From contig OX597816.1 of the NCBI GenBank assembly GCA_951406725.2, positions 110,732,001 through 110,796,000 on the forward strand: a DNA stretch of 64,000 nt, given 5' to 3'. The DNA is from Octopus vulgaris (taxonomy: Eukaryota). Positions within the stretch are counted from its first letter, which is position 1. Each line of letters opens with the position of its first letter. The notes beneath the pieces are model-generated. The model was not told the DNA's origin and did not search any database. It saw only the letters and a program-made list of their open reading frames with translations. The position numbers and the translations under genes were made by a program. Positions 13,869-26,884 of the stretch are shown piece by piece.

Positions 13869-14605
13869 TTTTCATTTTCGTGTGTGTTCTCGCTCCACTT
13901 ATTCCATCCTGTTTTTCCAAGATGTGTATCCTTATGCCTGCATGCGCTTGTGTCTTTGTGTGTATGTGTGTGAGTGTATGTGTGTGGGTGTATGCGTGTA
14001 TGCTTGTGTATGTGTCATAGTTTTCAGCAGCAGTGTGGCCTTCTCCTCACCCTCATCCTCTCACCCCTTAATGCTGCTGCTGTCCTAAATCCCGAAATCA
14101 AAAATGGTTCACTTCCTGTATTCCTCTACGTTTGTGTGTTCGCCCACGGTGTTGCCATCATGGTAGTTGTTGTTGTTATTTCCATCGTTGGCACCACCGC
14201 TGCTGCTGCTGACCGTATTAGTTGAAGCTTCATGTGAGTGTATATGGATTCGTGTATGCTTCATGTGTGCGTCTATATGGATTCGCTTCGTGTGCATCCA
14301 TGCCGTTCATATAATTTTATTTATTTGTTTTATCTATCTCTGTCTTACATTTATCACAGATATATTTATATCGGGTCGTTGGGCAGCAGCAGCACTATGG
14401 GGTGAGAGGATTCGGCAGAGGGGATTGCCACACAGCTGCTAAATACTATGACACACACACAAGCATACACATACACACATCAACACACACACACACACGC
14501 ACGCACACTCGCAAACGAGGATACAAACGCAAGCGCACGTAAGGGTACACATCTTAGAAAACAGAATGGAGTATGTAGATCAAGAGCACATACGAAAACG
14601 AAAAA

Positions 14606-14650
14606 TGTCGCTGGAGAGGTCACAGATGTGTAACGAAAGATTTCCGGACA
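14606..14650 (+). ncRNA. hammerhead-like motif, right arm, core mutated
   Basis: TGTCG-CTGGAGA-G-GTCACA-GATG-TGTAAC-GAAA-GATTTCC-GGACA; homolog of 13823-13868. Confidence 0.45.
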
Positions 14651-14767
14651 ATAGACATAAGTTAACATAATAAGATAGGAACAGTAATAAACGAGTGAAG
14701 AAAAAAGATATATAGTGCGTGCATTTATTCGGCTAAAAAGAACGATGACCAGCCCAAAATACAACAC

Positions 14768-14825
<58 letters not shown>

Positions 14826-16928
14826 ATATGTATGTATATGTATGTATGTATGTATGTATATTCCATATACGCACACTTACACACACACGCACTCACACAC
14901 ATGTATGTATGTGTATATAGTGTATATACTTCTTTAAATGCACTGTGTATGAACGAAATGAATATACAGTTACCTATACACACACGCAATTACAAATGCT
15001 TATTTGCGTGTATTTTCTCTTGTATATCATGATTCGATATTCACTGTTGTTCAAATTTAATGCGTTGTTCGGATTCTATTTATTTATTATAAAAAATATT
15101 AAAATAAAAATTTGCTTCAGGCGTAATTTATTTTGTATATTTTAAAATTTGCTTCTAACGTACAATCAGCAAATACTTTTTATTCAATAATGCAGTCTCT
15201 AATTTACATAACTTTTCCTAGATTGCCACAAACAAGGTTTCTTTTTTATTTCACACACAGGACGTAACGATAAGCTTTAAAATTTTTTTATAGATTTCCA
15301 GAACTATATACTGTTCAAATCATAAACAGTGCCCCCTCTTTGAAGCTTCGAAATATTGCCTTGTATTAGGCATTAGATTTAGAGTCCGGAATAGGCACGT
15401 GTCACTTGCATACTAAGGCAGTTGTTTGCTCTGCAACAGTAATGGGAACGCGCATTTAGATTGACATGAATTCAAACAATACATACCAGAAGTATCGTTG
15501 AACAATCCAAGAATTATACAACGACGATGCTTACGTCAAAATATTTTTCCTCGTTATCTATGATCCCGGAAGTCATGACCTCGTTCCTGAAGTTTAGCAG
15601 CTGCATTTTATAATGGATAAATACGGAATGGTGAAAACAGTTGAAAATATTGAAGACGCCCATTCTCTTTTGAAAAACAACGGAAAATAAGCAATAAGCA
15701 TCAACTTATGAATCAACAGTTATAATGACCGCTACATTATTTAGACCACAGGAAACAATAAAGGAGAATTAATTTTCCTTAATGCCCATGGTAGCTCATG
15801 AAAAGGACTGCCTTACAAACATTTTTTTTTTGGCAAAATTTTATCATAAGCAAGTTTTAGCTCCTACTTGGCTTCAACTGACACTGTTTCAGTTTGTCTT
15901 GATAGTGCAAACAACGTATATTTCATAGTTTGGCTTCCTCTAAACCTCACGTGATATGAAGAAACCTGGTGCCACATAAATTATATCTCACCTAAGTACA
16001 ATCTCTTGCAAATAATTAGGTTGATCACTTCGGATGAATCCAACAAATTCAAAAACGTGCAAATCAATCCGTGGATTGAACAGTGAAGTATCAAATATAC
16101 ATCGCACTTATAAGGTAAAGAGTTACCATCGTTGTGGCTAGTGACTTCGGACAATCCATCTCTATAATCCCCAGAGGGACTCGAATTGAACAGATCACAA
16201 CCTCTATGAAAATATTTAGCATATAGACACCACATTACAACCAATATACGAGCGTTACAACCATTTCACAAATTGTAGGGCTGATAGTGCTGTCGGTGAG
16301 TCCTCTGTCAAACGTCATTCCGTTTTGCAGTGGGAAACAGACTAACCACTTGAAAATATCTCCGACGGTCGAATTGACCATCATAAGGTTCATAGCCTAC
16401 TATGTGATCATCCATAGGTGAGAAAAAGCAATCTTAGTAACGATCACTTGAACTAAAGAACGGTACGAGATCGTCTACCCAGAGAGATAGAGTGTTACAA
16501 ATTACAGTTGTATAAATATGCAAGCCTTTCTTATTTATTAAAGCGAATTTCTGAAGAGTCACGAAGCTCTTGGAAACCAGACACAATCTTATGCTTATAC
16601 TTGCATTTTTCACTCATGCTACTTTGCAAGCTAAACTCCAAGCAAGACGCTCCATAAAAGTAGGTAAGAAGTACTGGCTCTCAGAAATAAGTTAGCAAGT
16701 GTAGCAGGGAGCCTCATTTTCCTTCCCAGATTACTATAAAAAATGAGGAAAATAATTGGGTGGAGTTTTAACTACAATGGCAAGATACAGAGATACGAGT
16801 GTGTTACTCAAAATTATTGTGCATACTCAAATCAGAAATTTGCTGCATAATATTTCTTTCACATAGCGCCGATCTACTATGAAATCAACGGCTTCCACCG
16901 GTGTGTACCTACATGTATAAATACACGC

Positions 16929-17173
<245 letters not shown>

Positions 17174-17210
17174 ATGTGGGGGTGTACACACAAACACGCA
17201 CACATACATA

Positions 17211-17422
17211 CTAGAGGGGTGCTGAAAAGTTCAATGCATTGGGTAATAGAAAATTCAGAAAGATCAGTTAATTATGATTTTATTCAAAATATGCCTCTCT
17301 TATATTCACACATTCAGTGATCTTTCATTTTTCTTAGCTCTATAAAATACCTTGGAAGCATGAGCGTCAAACCAAACCTTTCGCAAGACCGTTACAATCA
17401 GGAACATTTTAGCACCTCAACG
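17211..17422. mobile_element. mariner-derived MITE
   Basis: Degenerate TIRs GAGGGGTGCTGAAAAGTTC / GAACATTTTAGCACCTC; no ORF; ~210 bp. Confidence 0.6.
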
Positions 17423-17429
17423 TGTATAT

Positions 17430-17483
<54 letters not shown>

Positions 17484-17633
17484 TTATATATATATTTATG
17501 AATAAACCGATGTATAAATATGCGTATACATACATGTAGGTCTCTCTGCCACACATGCTCTATTTCTATCTTCCTCTCTTTCTCTCTCTTGTACACACAC
17601 GTATACATATATACTCTTGTAAAGATATATATA

Positions 17634-17699
<66 letters not shown>

Positions 17700-17789
17700 C
17701 ATACATACGTACTCAACCATAAGATAATTGTATGTGAGCATGAAAGTGTTCGTGTGTATGTTTGATTTTGTGCTTGTGTACGTGCAGCG

Positions 17790-17847
<58 letters not shown>

Positions 17848-18285
17848 TACATATATAAATATACAATTATATGTGTACAATTGAGTAAGAAATCGCATGT
17901 TATATGTAAAAGAAATCATAAATATAGTTGAGAAATTTTTGTTAATCATACCATATTGTTGTTAAAACAAAATTTAGCAGATCATTACTAGTGGGCATAT
18001 TGCTTCTTGTTACTGATATAGAGGAAGAGCTGACAATTAACTACTAACTATATATCTCCTGTTTCTTCACTTATCATACTAGCAGAATAATTTTCAATAG
18101 ACTTTGATTGGGGGTTTGATTTTCTACTGAAATCTTTTATTTACTTTTTTGTGATTCCAATATTTTATGCTCAGTATACTTTTTGCTCTCGTATGGTTTC
18201 ATCTTAATATGCACGTTTACCTATCTAGTGTGTAAGCATACTCATAACTGCCTTAGTATTTAATAAATATATGTTATATCTATAT

Positions 18286-18530
18286 ATTATCTTTTACTTA
18301 TTTCAGTCATTAGACTGCGGCCATACTAGGGCAACAACTTGGATTTTAAGTCGAATGAATTGACCTCAGGACTGATTTTATTATCATTTATTATTGCTTT
18401 ACCTTTTGTGTTAAGCCTGACACGTATTCTGTCGGTATCTTTTTAACGAACGGCAATCATGCCAAAATTGGTTGTGTATCGGGGGCGCGGACAAACACGG
18501 GAAAAATGACACACATACACACAATCACAT
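18286..18530 (-). mobile_element. SINE family 2, 3' portion
   Basis: TTTCAGTCATTAGACTGCGGCCATACTAGGGCA...AAGCCTGACACGTATTCTGTCGGT is homologous to 54985-55200 and 34160-34290. Confidence 0.7.
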
Positions 18531-18699
18531 ACAGAAACACTCATAAATATGCGCACACGCGCACGCACGCAAGTATATATATATAATAACAAAGAGTGAA
18601 AAAACTACAGAAGGCTTGTGTTATAAGGTTAAAGAATACATTTAAGTCATTATGTTAGACAAATTTTATAAACTTTTTGTGTATATTAACATAGTTTTT

Positions 18700-19690
18700 G
18701 GAGAAATTGACTTATTTTGGAAGGTGATTTAACATATCCAAGTCATCTCTGATATGACTATCGATGTGTTTAAGCAAGGGTTTCAGGAGGATGTCCATAA
18801 ATAGACTTAGTCTGTGTGTTTCACAGGCTGGGCCAGCTACAATGGGTCGTAGCTTTAGGTCTCCTGGGTTTGATGTATGTATGTACGTCTTTGGTGATTT
18901 TTTAATGGTTTCATTTATAATCTGGCTATTGTGTATTTTTGGTAGACCATAGAAGAGGCTAGGTTTGTATTTAAAGTTTGTTAGAAAGTCAATCTCTTTT
19001 GTTGTAAGTTCCTTTCCATGGGTTTATTTAGTGAGGACAGAGTTTCCATTATTTTATGTGGGGTGTAGTTCGGGATTTTTTCATAATGTTGACTGTCATC
19101 AAGCATGGAGATTACTAGATTTCTATAGTATAATGTATCCATTGCTACAACTGCACTTCCTTTATCTGCTTCCTTAATCGTGATATCTTCATCATTTTGA
19201 AGTTCTATTAGTTACTTCCATTGTGCAGTGCTAAAATTTGAGTTAACTGTCTGTTTATGTAAAGTGTGGTAGGGAAAGTTCTCAATGTGGTTGCAGAATT
19301 CGTCAAGATTTTTATATCTCCCTTTGTTGGGGATGTGTTCACTTCTGTTTTTGACTAGTGAGTCATCTTCAGTATTGTAACTAGTTAATGCTTCTGTGAG
19401 TCTTAATTTTCTACAGAATTCTATGATACTGTCCGTGACTTTGTTTTGGTTGGCTCTGCGTGGAGCTGGCGTGAATTTTAGCCCTTTTGAGAGGATGTCT
19501 ATTTTTATGTTTGAAAGAGGTTTGGTTGAATGGTTAATTATATTCGGTTTTTCCTGATTACCATGTTCCAACCTGTGTTCTGCTGTCTCTGGTCTGGGGC
19601 TAAAAAGTGTTGGGTGCAATTTTGTTTGCATGAGTTGTCTGTGAGATTGTATGAGATTGGTTCGGGGCAATGGTGCTATTGTTGCCTCAG
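18700..19690 (-). pseudogene. Penelope-like element ORF, N-terminus to early RT
   Basis: ILSKGLKFTPAP, then after a stop ITIKEADKGSAVV (DKG motif), then after a frameshift FYGLPKIH...LRPIVAGPACETHRLSLFMDILLKPLLKHIDSHIRDD. Confidence 0.92.
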
Positions 19691-19699
19691 ATTGTTATG

Positions 19700-21150
19700 T
19701 GAGTGATATATCCTAATTAAAGTTTCCTTTCGTATTTGTTCATAAAATATATTCCTTTATTATTTCGTTACTGTTCAGTCGTCATTGATTTGCGTCACTG
19801 ATAGAATGAGAAGACTGTATAGATGGAAAATATATGCTACTAATTATATTCTATATATTAATTCATTCTGCATATGGTCTCCTGATCTGTTGACGATGTC
19901 ACGTCATTCTTTTCCTGAGTGTCATATGGTTTTCTGAAATACTGTATTCACGACTACCTTCGCATGTTAAGTAAATTCATTCATTTGAAATAAAATAAAA
20001 GTTTTTTTTTTCATTTGTAAGTTAGTGCCTACTTTGAAGTAGAATTCGATGCCTTCTAATTGGTAGTAACATATTCCACAGTTTGTTAGCTTTCATTTTC
20101 AGACTTTGGAATCCGGAATCGAGCGTAAGCAGCTTTGCATTTGTCAATACCTTGCTAGCGATTTTGTCTGTCTATTACTTTTTATAATTGGATGCTTTCC
20201 AAGAAGATTTTCAAAGTTAATCAGATTTATTGGACATTTTCTTTTGACAAGTATTATATTAATTTCTTCTAGACTTTGTTTTATGGTTTGAAACAATTGT
20301 GCAGACTCTTTTTCCTTTGTTCAATAGAGTGCTACATCGAATGTCTTTTGTGTGACATGATGTAAAAGAAGATATTTCTGTGTATTGGTGGGCTTAGAAT
20401 ATGTCTTGATCTAGTATTTATATTTTGCTTTGTTATTAGTATACCTAACAAGGAAAGGTTATATGTGTTGAACCCTGTATCGAATTGATTTTAAAAGTTG
20501 GTGGAGGTTTTAAAATAAATTTACTTTATCAAGAGATTCGCTCTATATACTGGAAACACATATCTAGAATATTACTCCAGTTCTTTTCTAAGCAGAACTA
20601 GAGTAAATTATTCTCAAATTGAAATCCTTTCCACTTCTCTTTCAAATAACATCAGCATTCTTCTCCAAATGTCTGTACTTATTTTCATAGATATTCAATT
20701 GATCACTAACTTGCCATAAGATAGTGTAACTTTGATTCTATAGCCGTTCTTGACTTTTATTGGTATATTGTTAACAAAAAAATGCAGTTGTTTTTTAAAA
20801 TGAAATGGAGGCTCACCATAATAAATATTCCAAACGTATGTTCTGGTATCTTATAAGTAAATGAGTTACGACAGTAATTTATATCTTTGTTTCGGCAGTT
20901 GATATATATTTCTCAACTGCAAAAGCGACACAATGGTTCTTTCAGTTATGTATTAGGAAGATGTGAGTAGATCAAGATCATCGTATAAAATTATTTATGT
21001 GCGTAAGGAAAGACTCTAACAGAATATCTATAAAATTATCTCAGACATATTTTCCATATGATAAGCCTGCTAGAATAGGTCTCAGTTTCAAATAAATTAG
21101 GGAATCAAAACTAATACTAGAATTTGCATCGGCTATATTTAAAATATGTA
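19700..21150 (-). pseudogene. highly degraded PLE RT-thumb and GIY-YIG endonuclease region
   Basis: Broken frames give YSKPTNTQKYLL (~20370-20400) and LTCEG...MTLRKRMT*HRQQIRRP (~19870-19970). Confidence 0.6.
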
Positions 21151-21296
21151 CATTCATCCAGTTCTTTATCGGTTAAGAAAATTCTAAGTAATCTGCAATA
21201 AGTTATCCATGTTATCAGTTAGTCTTCTAAGTTATCCGCGATGTCATGTTTGATTTCACATATATTTCATTTTGAAGTGGTTGTTTTCAATTTCAG

Positions 21297-21337
<41 letters not shown>

Positions 21338-21338
<1 letters not shown>

Positions 21339-21710
21339 TAGTAGTATCGCCCGGCGTTGCTCAGGTTTGTAAGGGAAATACCTATAAAGCATTTTTAGAG
21401 AGTTATAGCCAACAAATAGCAAAAAAAAATGGAAAAAAAATGATGGTAAATTTTTTTTGAGAGTAAAGAAGGTTGAGTTGCGTCCCCTAGACAGTCTGTG
21501 GTTTGTTTTTTTTATTCTCGACCCCATGTCGAATTTATCGATTTTTTTCAGAACTGGGGGAACTTTTCAAAATTTTCGCTGCGTTAGTTTTGAATTATGA
21601 CAATGGGCTATGTGTGTGTCAAGTTTCATCAGAATCGGTTGAAAGCCGTGGTCAGAGTGAGGGTACGAGAAAACAGACACACAGAAAACGCACAGACAAA
21701 CTGCCGTTTA

Positions 21711-21717
<7 letters not shown>
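21338..21717 (-). mobile_element. non-autonomous Helitron
   Basis: CTAG terminus at 21338 with subterminal CCCGGCGTTGCTCAGG hairpin remnant; other end (rc) TATAGTATAAACGGCAGTTTGTCTG; inserted in (TA)n. Confidence 0.75.
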
Positions 21718-21765
<48 letters not shown>

Positions 21766-21977
21766 GGTGTTATGTTGTCAACTTAATGTGACAGTCCCAT
21801 GAAAGGGAATAATAGTACTGCTATTTAGCCCTACGAAATATAGCCTATTATCGGCCTTGACACATTCCCTGTGCCTTTATGTTTACAAAGGGGGAGATAA
21901 GCACCTCCACCCAGCAAAACCAGCAGTTTCTGAGTCATTGCACGTCATCGGCCTGGAGTAGCATGGCCAGCTAGGTT

Positions 21978-23470
21978 TTTGATTTATTATAAGCATATAG
22001 CTCTTACAGAGAAGGGACGAACAAAGACAGACAACACAATATACTGTGGTATGCTTGAAACGAAAATTGAATGAATATGAATGTAGTGATATAATGAAAA
22101 AATGAAATGGCTTACACAATGCCCCCGTACGCAAGCAGTGTCATTTAACTGTTTATGCAGTTCATGTTCGTGTACAGTCTATTGTTTCTTTTTAAGACAG
22201 AATTCAATTTTATAAATTTTACTTACTTTTATATTCATCGACGACAAAGTATTGCACAATGTCTCTGAATGACATTACTGGTGGCAGCTCGTCACATCGA
22301 AACCACAGGTTCGTCAATTCAATCAGCTCACCGAACAATTCTTCCAATTTAACCGCTCTGTCACTCTCCAGCAAAACCGCCCTGTCGTCCTCTGTATATT
22401 AACGTCCCGTTATCTTAGCTCTTATGACATTTTTAATCTTCGTAATTATCTTCTGTTTGTATACTCTTCTTGTATTCCACCATCCTCCTCAAATTTCTTC
22501 TTTTCGCCTCCTCTTCCCACTTTCCATCCCCACTCTCTCCTGGTGTTTCTGGTACTTGAGTGTCCATCTTACCGTTGCTCCTCGCTGTTACTTCCTTTCC
22601 TTTCTGCACACTTTCTTTTAAATTCTTTTTTATGCACGTCTGGGGCGCTGATTTAGACCGTCACCTCAAAGCCTTATCCGAACCAATTCACCTCTGTTGT
22701 CCTCGTGACCTTCAGGACATTGGTTTCCTCTTCGGCATTGAAGAGGATAGCCACAACCAGCCACGTTTCATTAATTTCTGGGGTGCACACTTCCAATCCT
22801 AATTCTGGCCGCACGTTTGCCTCAATAGTAGTGTCCATCATCCAACCTTAATGGCACAGTGGAGCACTATATTGCGTCTTGTTCGGCCGTAAACGGTACC
22901 TCCACTATGTCGAACTTCTTGCCTCTGGTTTAGCATGTGGTAAGGTGCTTCATCCCCTTCAGACACTCCTCCATTTTTTCAATGCTTGCCCATTCCAGCT
23001 TTCTGCTGATGTTAGACAGTGCTCTGTATATAACTGTTCTTTTCGCTGTTTCCTCCGATATTTCTTTTGTTGGGGGTTAATCTCAAGCTGTTTCCTTCTT
23101 TAGCAATTAGCTCGTTAGCTTTTTTAAGTCTTCGTTCGCCCAAGTTGATTTCCTTGACCTGCACAACGTTGCTATTTGCACCCCTTCCTGCTGCTGTAGC
23201 ATAGCTAACGGTAGGTTGAGTGTCCATAACTTCGTTAATCACAAAAATTTTTTCAGACATTATCTGCACAAATTCACAATTCAATAAATAATTTGCAGAA
23301 ATCTTTTATCCCGCAGGGCGAAAATTAGTTTTCTACAGGACAACAGTTCAAAATTCAATAAAAATTTTCTATACAAATATAACAAAGATCATAATAACAG
23401 ACGGGAAACGAACTCACATACCGCAGATAATGACTGAAAACAACACCGTGTCGTAGACGAAAAAGGCGTG
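21978..23470 (-). mobile_element. ORF1-only non-LTR element A (decayed gag-like ORF)
   Basis: One broken ORF at ~23260-22220 (SYATAA, TRGKKFDIV, PEINETWLVVA, GFEVTV) homologous to element B; no RT motifs seen; tail TGTCTGTCTTTGTTCGTCCCTT...TAATAAA. Confidence 0.65.
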
Positions 23471-23482
23471 GCCTTGATAGCT

Positions 23483-25430
23483 GTATTCTTTATTACAGGC
23501 ACATGGCTTAAATACAGAGGGGACATACTCAGACATACAGGAACAAAAAACACATGAAAGAATGAATGTAAAATGAATTAAATTACAATGAAAATGAGAC
23601 GGTCATATCGGTCCTGCTCGGAGATGAAACCGTGATCTTTTTTCCCCTTTTTAAATATTTTCACAAACAACTTCCAGCCTCGTTTAGAGGCGAAAGCGTG
23701 ACTTCCTTTTTTCCATTCCACCTTACATAAATAAAAAAAATCCGTTTAAACACCTGTTCATTCAATAGTTGCAAGATTTACTAATTTCTCCTTTTTTTTC
23801 AATAAAATGTTCAACTAAATGTTGTTCTCAGTCTCAGTCTATACAAAGAAATAACATCTTACAAATTCTTTACCTTTTCCATAATTCACCAACGAGAAGC
23901 AAGGTTCAGTATCAACCCCCTCGGCCCCAGTGTATTCACTCCTCCATAATGTCTCTCAATTTCGAAGTTCTTTTAAGTTTGGGGTGTCCAATATTTCACT
24001 ATAATTCTGACTTCTCTATGTCTTGCATGTTGACGCTTTTTGATTCAGTATTTCTGTAATTCTCGATTGTGTATGTGCGTCTGTGTGTTCGTATGACTGT
24101 TATTCTGTGTGTTCCGTCCGTGTGTCTATGTTTTGAGACTTTCGCGATTCTAAATTATCTTGCGTTTGTTTGTCTATATTTCTCTGCTCTTGGATGTCTG
24201 TATATTAGTGCGTCTGCGGGTCTGAATGTTTATGCACTTGTAAGTCCATTACTGTTGAGTACCCTGGTAAATCTTCCCCGTTTCTCGTCGTAGGTTGGAT
24301 TACCTCTTCAACCGCTTTGTACTTCTTCTGTTCTACTATCGTTGGTGACTTCCTCCTCTCCCTTTTTCTTGCTTTCACCTCCGCAAATTCACCGTCTTGC
24401 TCTGTTATCTGTTTCTGCTGTTTCTCCACCATTATATTCTCCTGAATACTCTCCTATACAATTTCCATTGCTGCTCTGGGGCATTCATTTCTCCTGTGAT
24501 CTCTTTCACCACATTCGTAACACATTGGGGCTCTCCCCTCCAACCTTATCTCCAGTTTTTCTTCATTTGGTAGCTCAAAAGTTTCAGGTATTTCGTTGTA
24601 ATATTTCGGGCTCACTGCACAAAATATCTCGGGTCTTATCGGTTTGAACGGCAGTTTTTAACATAATTTCTAGGTAGTTAAAAATTTTAAACTTCGTATA
24701 CTGGTAGAATGTGTTTATAAAACATCTTTTTCTCTTGGCTTTATTGAGAAAATTCTATAGTTTGTAAGATATTTGTTGTTTTGCTTTCTTCAATTGCTGC
24801 AATTTCAACCAATCACTGGCGTCTATTGCCGTATGAATATGTCCCTCGTTTAAGAAACAGATTGCGATTTATTTACATTTGTGAAGAAAAAATAGATACC
24901 CTTCCCCACCACCCCTAACCCTAACCCTAACACAGATTGAATGCAATAGATCGATACTAGGGTCATAATTATGGGTGACAATTTCATGACACCGCTAGAA
25001 AAAACTGCCGTTCAAACCGAAAAGATCCAATATCTCTAATCCTTAGCCCCCCCCCCCCACCGACTTTACTTGTTGGGTTCGGCTTATCATGCCCATCCTC
25101 GCCTCTTCGCTTTCCCTCCTTATCTCCAAATAAAAGCTCGCCGTTTTTATCCACTCTGGCTCTATCGACGATGGGATTCTTCCCACCCTAATTCTGACAA
25201 TTCTCTTGTCCGAACAATTTGGCGTCAAAGCCCATTTTCTCCCTGTATCAGCCTGTTGCAGGTTTTTGCCGTCTCCTCTTCTTATATAAAGGTTACCATT
25301 ATCGACGCATATCTCTTTCCTCTCGTAAAGAACGCTATGCTTTCTCTTAAATGTTCTTCCAAAATTTCTTCTATTTCTTCCTGCGGCGCTTTTTCAATCC
25401 TTCCATTTTCATGCAAACATGTACACTCAC
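23483..25430 (-). mobile_element. ORF1-only non-LTR element B with CCHC zinc knuckle, interrupted by a MITE
   Basis: FTRGKRYASI, RIRVGRIPSSIEPEWI, and CYECGERDHRRNEC (CX2CX4HX4C, 24481-24522), as in L1/Tx1-type ORF1; tail TGTCCCCTCTGTATTTAAGCC...GTAATAAAGAA; 5' end lost at the (GATA)n tract. Confidence 0.75.
24631..25028. mobile_element. MITE with 29-bp TIRs and 8-bp TSD (Merlin-like)
   Basis: TIRs GGGTCTTATCGGTTTGAACGGCAGTTTTT and (rc) GGATCTTTTCGGTTTGAACGGCAGTTTTT; TSD AATATCTC at 24623-24630 and 25029-25036. Superfamily inferred from GG termini plus 8-bp TSD. Confidence 0.92.
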
Positions 25431-25487
<57 letters not shown>

Positions 25488-25492
25488 GTAGG

Positions 25493-25537
<45 letters not shown>

Positions 25538-25560
25538 TGATAGATAGATAGATAGATAGG

Positions 25561-25611
<51 letters not shown>

Positions 25612-25620
25612 GTAGGTAGG

Positions 25621-25685
<65 letters not shown>
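25431..25685. repeat. (GATA)n microsatellite
   Basis: Directly visible, with GGTA variants. Confidence 0.97.
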
Positions 25686-25686
<1 letters not shown>

Positions 25687-25699
25687 CATTCATAGAACG

Positions 25700-26720
25700 A
25701 GCGAACAAATGGAAGCTGTTTTCTGTTTCGTACTTGTTGAGTACGAAAAGGTATAGCGTCATGATGACCATAGTATTTGAATCTCTGCAAATGTAAGATG
25801 TCGAGGTGATGCAAATTCTCAGAGATGCAAATTTTGGATGCACTACAGATTTTGCTCTCCTATCATCACCAGTACGAGGCACAATTGATAATGGTGTTAG
25901 GCAAGTAGATACCATCTCTCCAAAGCTCTTTACCACATGTCTAGAAATGGTTATCAAAGACATTGACACGACATGTGAACATGAATGGTGACCAAATAAC
26001 AGAGGACATTGTACTCATCGCTGAAACTGGTCAGCTGCACACTATACTGACAAAGCTGGACACTCAAAGCTTAACAATAATATATATACAGTCGTAAGAA
26101 CAACCGCAAAATCTAATAGAGGTGTAAAGCAATGAAATCGAGGAGGTAAATGAGTACGTCTACATAGGGCGCGCAGTGAAAATGCGCTGAGGTATGGATG
26201 CTGAAATATTGAAGGGAATAAGGTGAAGATGGAAAGCATTAAACTCAACAAAACATGTGTCCCAAACAAAGCAAGGCAGTACATAAAATATAAATGCCGG
26301 TCTATTCAATCGCATCACCCTGCCTATCTTCTTATAAGCAAGTGAAACGTGGAGAACGACAAAAAGGGCAGAAAGTCGATTGGCTAAGACGCAATAGGCC
26401 ATGGAGAGATTCATGATAGGACTATCGTTACGAGAGCATATTCGAACGAAGCGGAGTGAACGAGGTGTTCACAAAATACCGAAAACAGAAGCCCCGTTGT
26501 GCCGTGCTTGCCACATATTTCACAGACAACATGTGAATTCGAGAAATAACCGATTAGTATCCAAGCGATCGGAAAAGGTCACTTGGAAGATCTACACAAA
26601 GATGGGAAAAAGATTTAGTTCAAACATTAAGGCCAAAATGGTAATGAATGGTGCACTCAAGACATAATTAGAAGCACATTGTGACCACCGGTGATTAACA
26701 TCAATTTAAGGTCTTGTCGA
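25700..26720 (+). pseudogene. RTE-clade LINE 3' fragment (RT), degraded
   Basis: [18 protein letters not shown] (cf. GVRQGD), ASETWRTTK, AMERFMIGLSLREHIR; flanked by (GATA)n tracts on both sides. Confidence 0.85.
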
Positions 26721-26789
26721 TAATGTGATCTTGCATATATACATTCAGATATATATGCATTCAGACACACGCAAACACACAAACGCACA

Positions 26790-26790
26790 C

Positions 26791-26884
<94 letters not shown>
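26790..26884. repeat. (GATA)n microsatellite
   Basis: Directly visible. Confidence 0.97.

Larger units (their letters stand above)
13742..14770. repeat. long diverged inverted repeat (arms ~13742-14105 and ~14361-14770)
   Basis: Arms align by eye along their length, e.g. CTTCACTCGTTTATT/AATAAACGAGTGAAG and ATCCTCTCACCCC/GGGGTGAGAGGAT; one ~40-bp indel; ~255-bp spacer. Confidence 0.9.

Noticed and set aside
15390-15580. CACGTG and CCGGAAGT promoter-like motifs
   Set aside because: Short motifs with no associated exon or CpG-rich island.
16545-16590. CTGAAGA...GAAA spacing
   Set aside because: No stem II between the boxes and no stem I.
24913-24931. Telomere or chromosome-fusion signature
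   Set aside because: Only three hexamers, inside a MITE.
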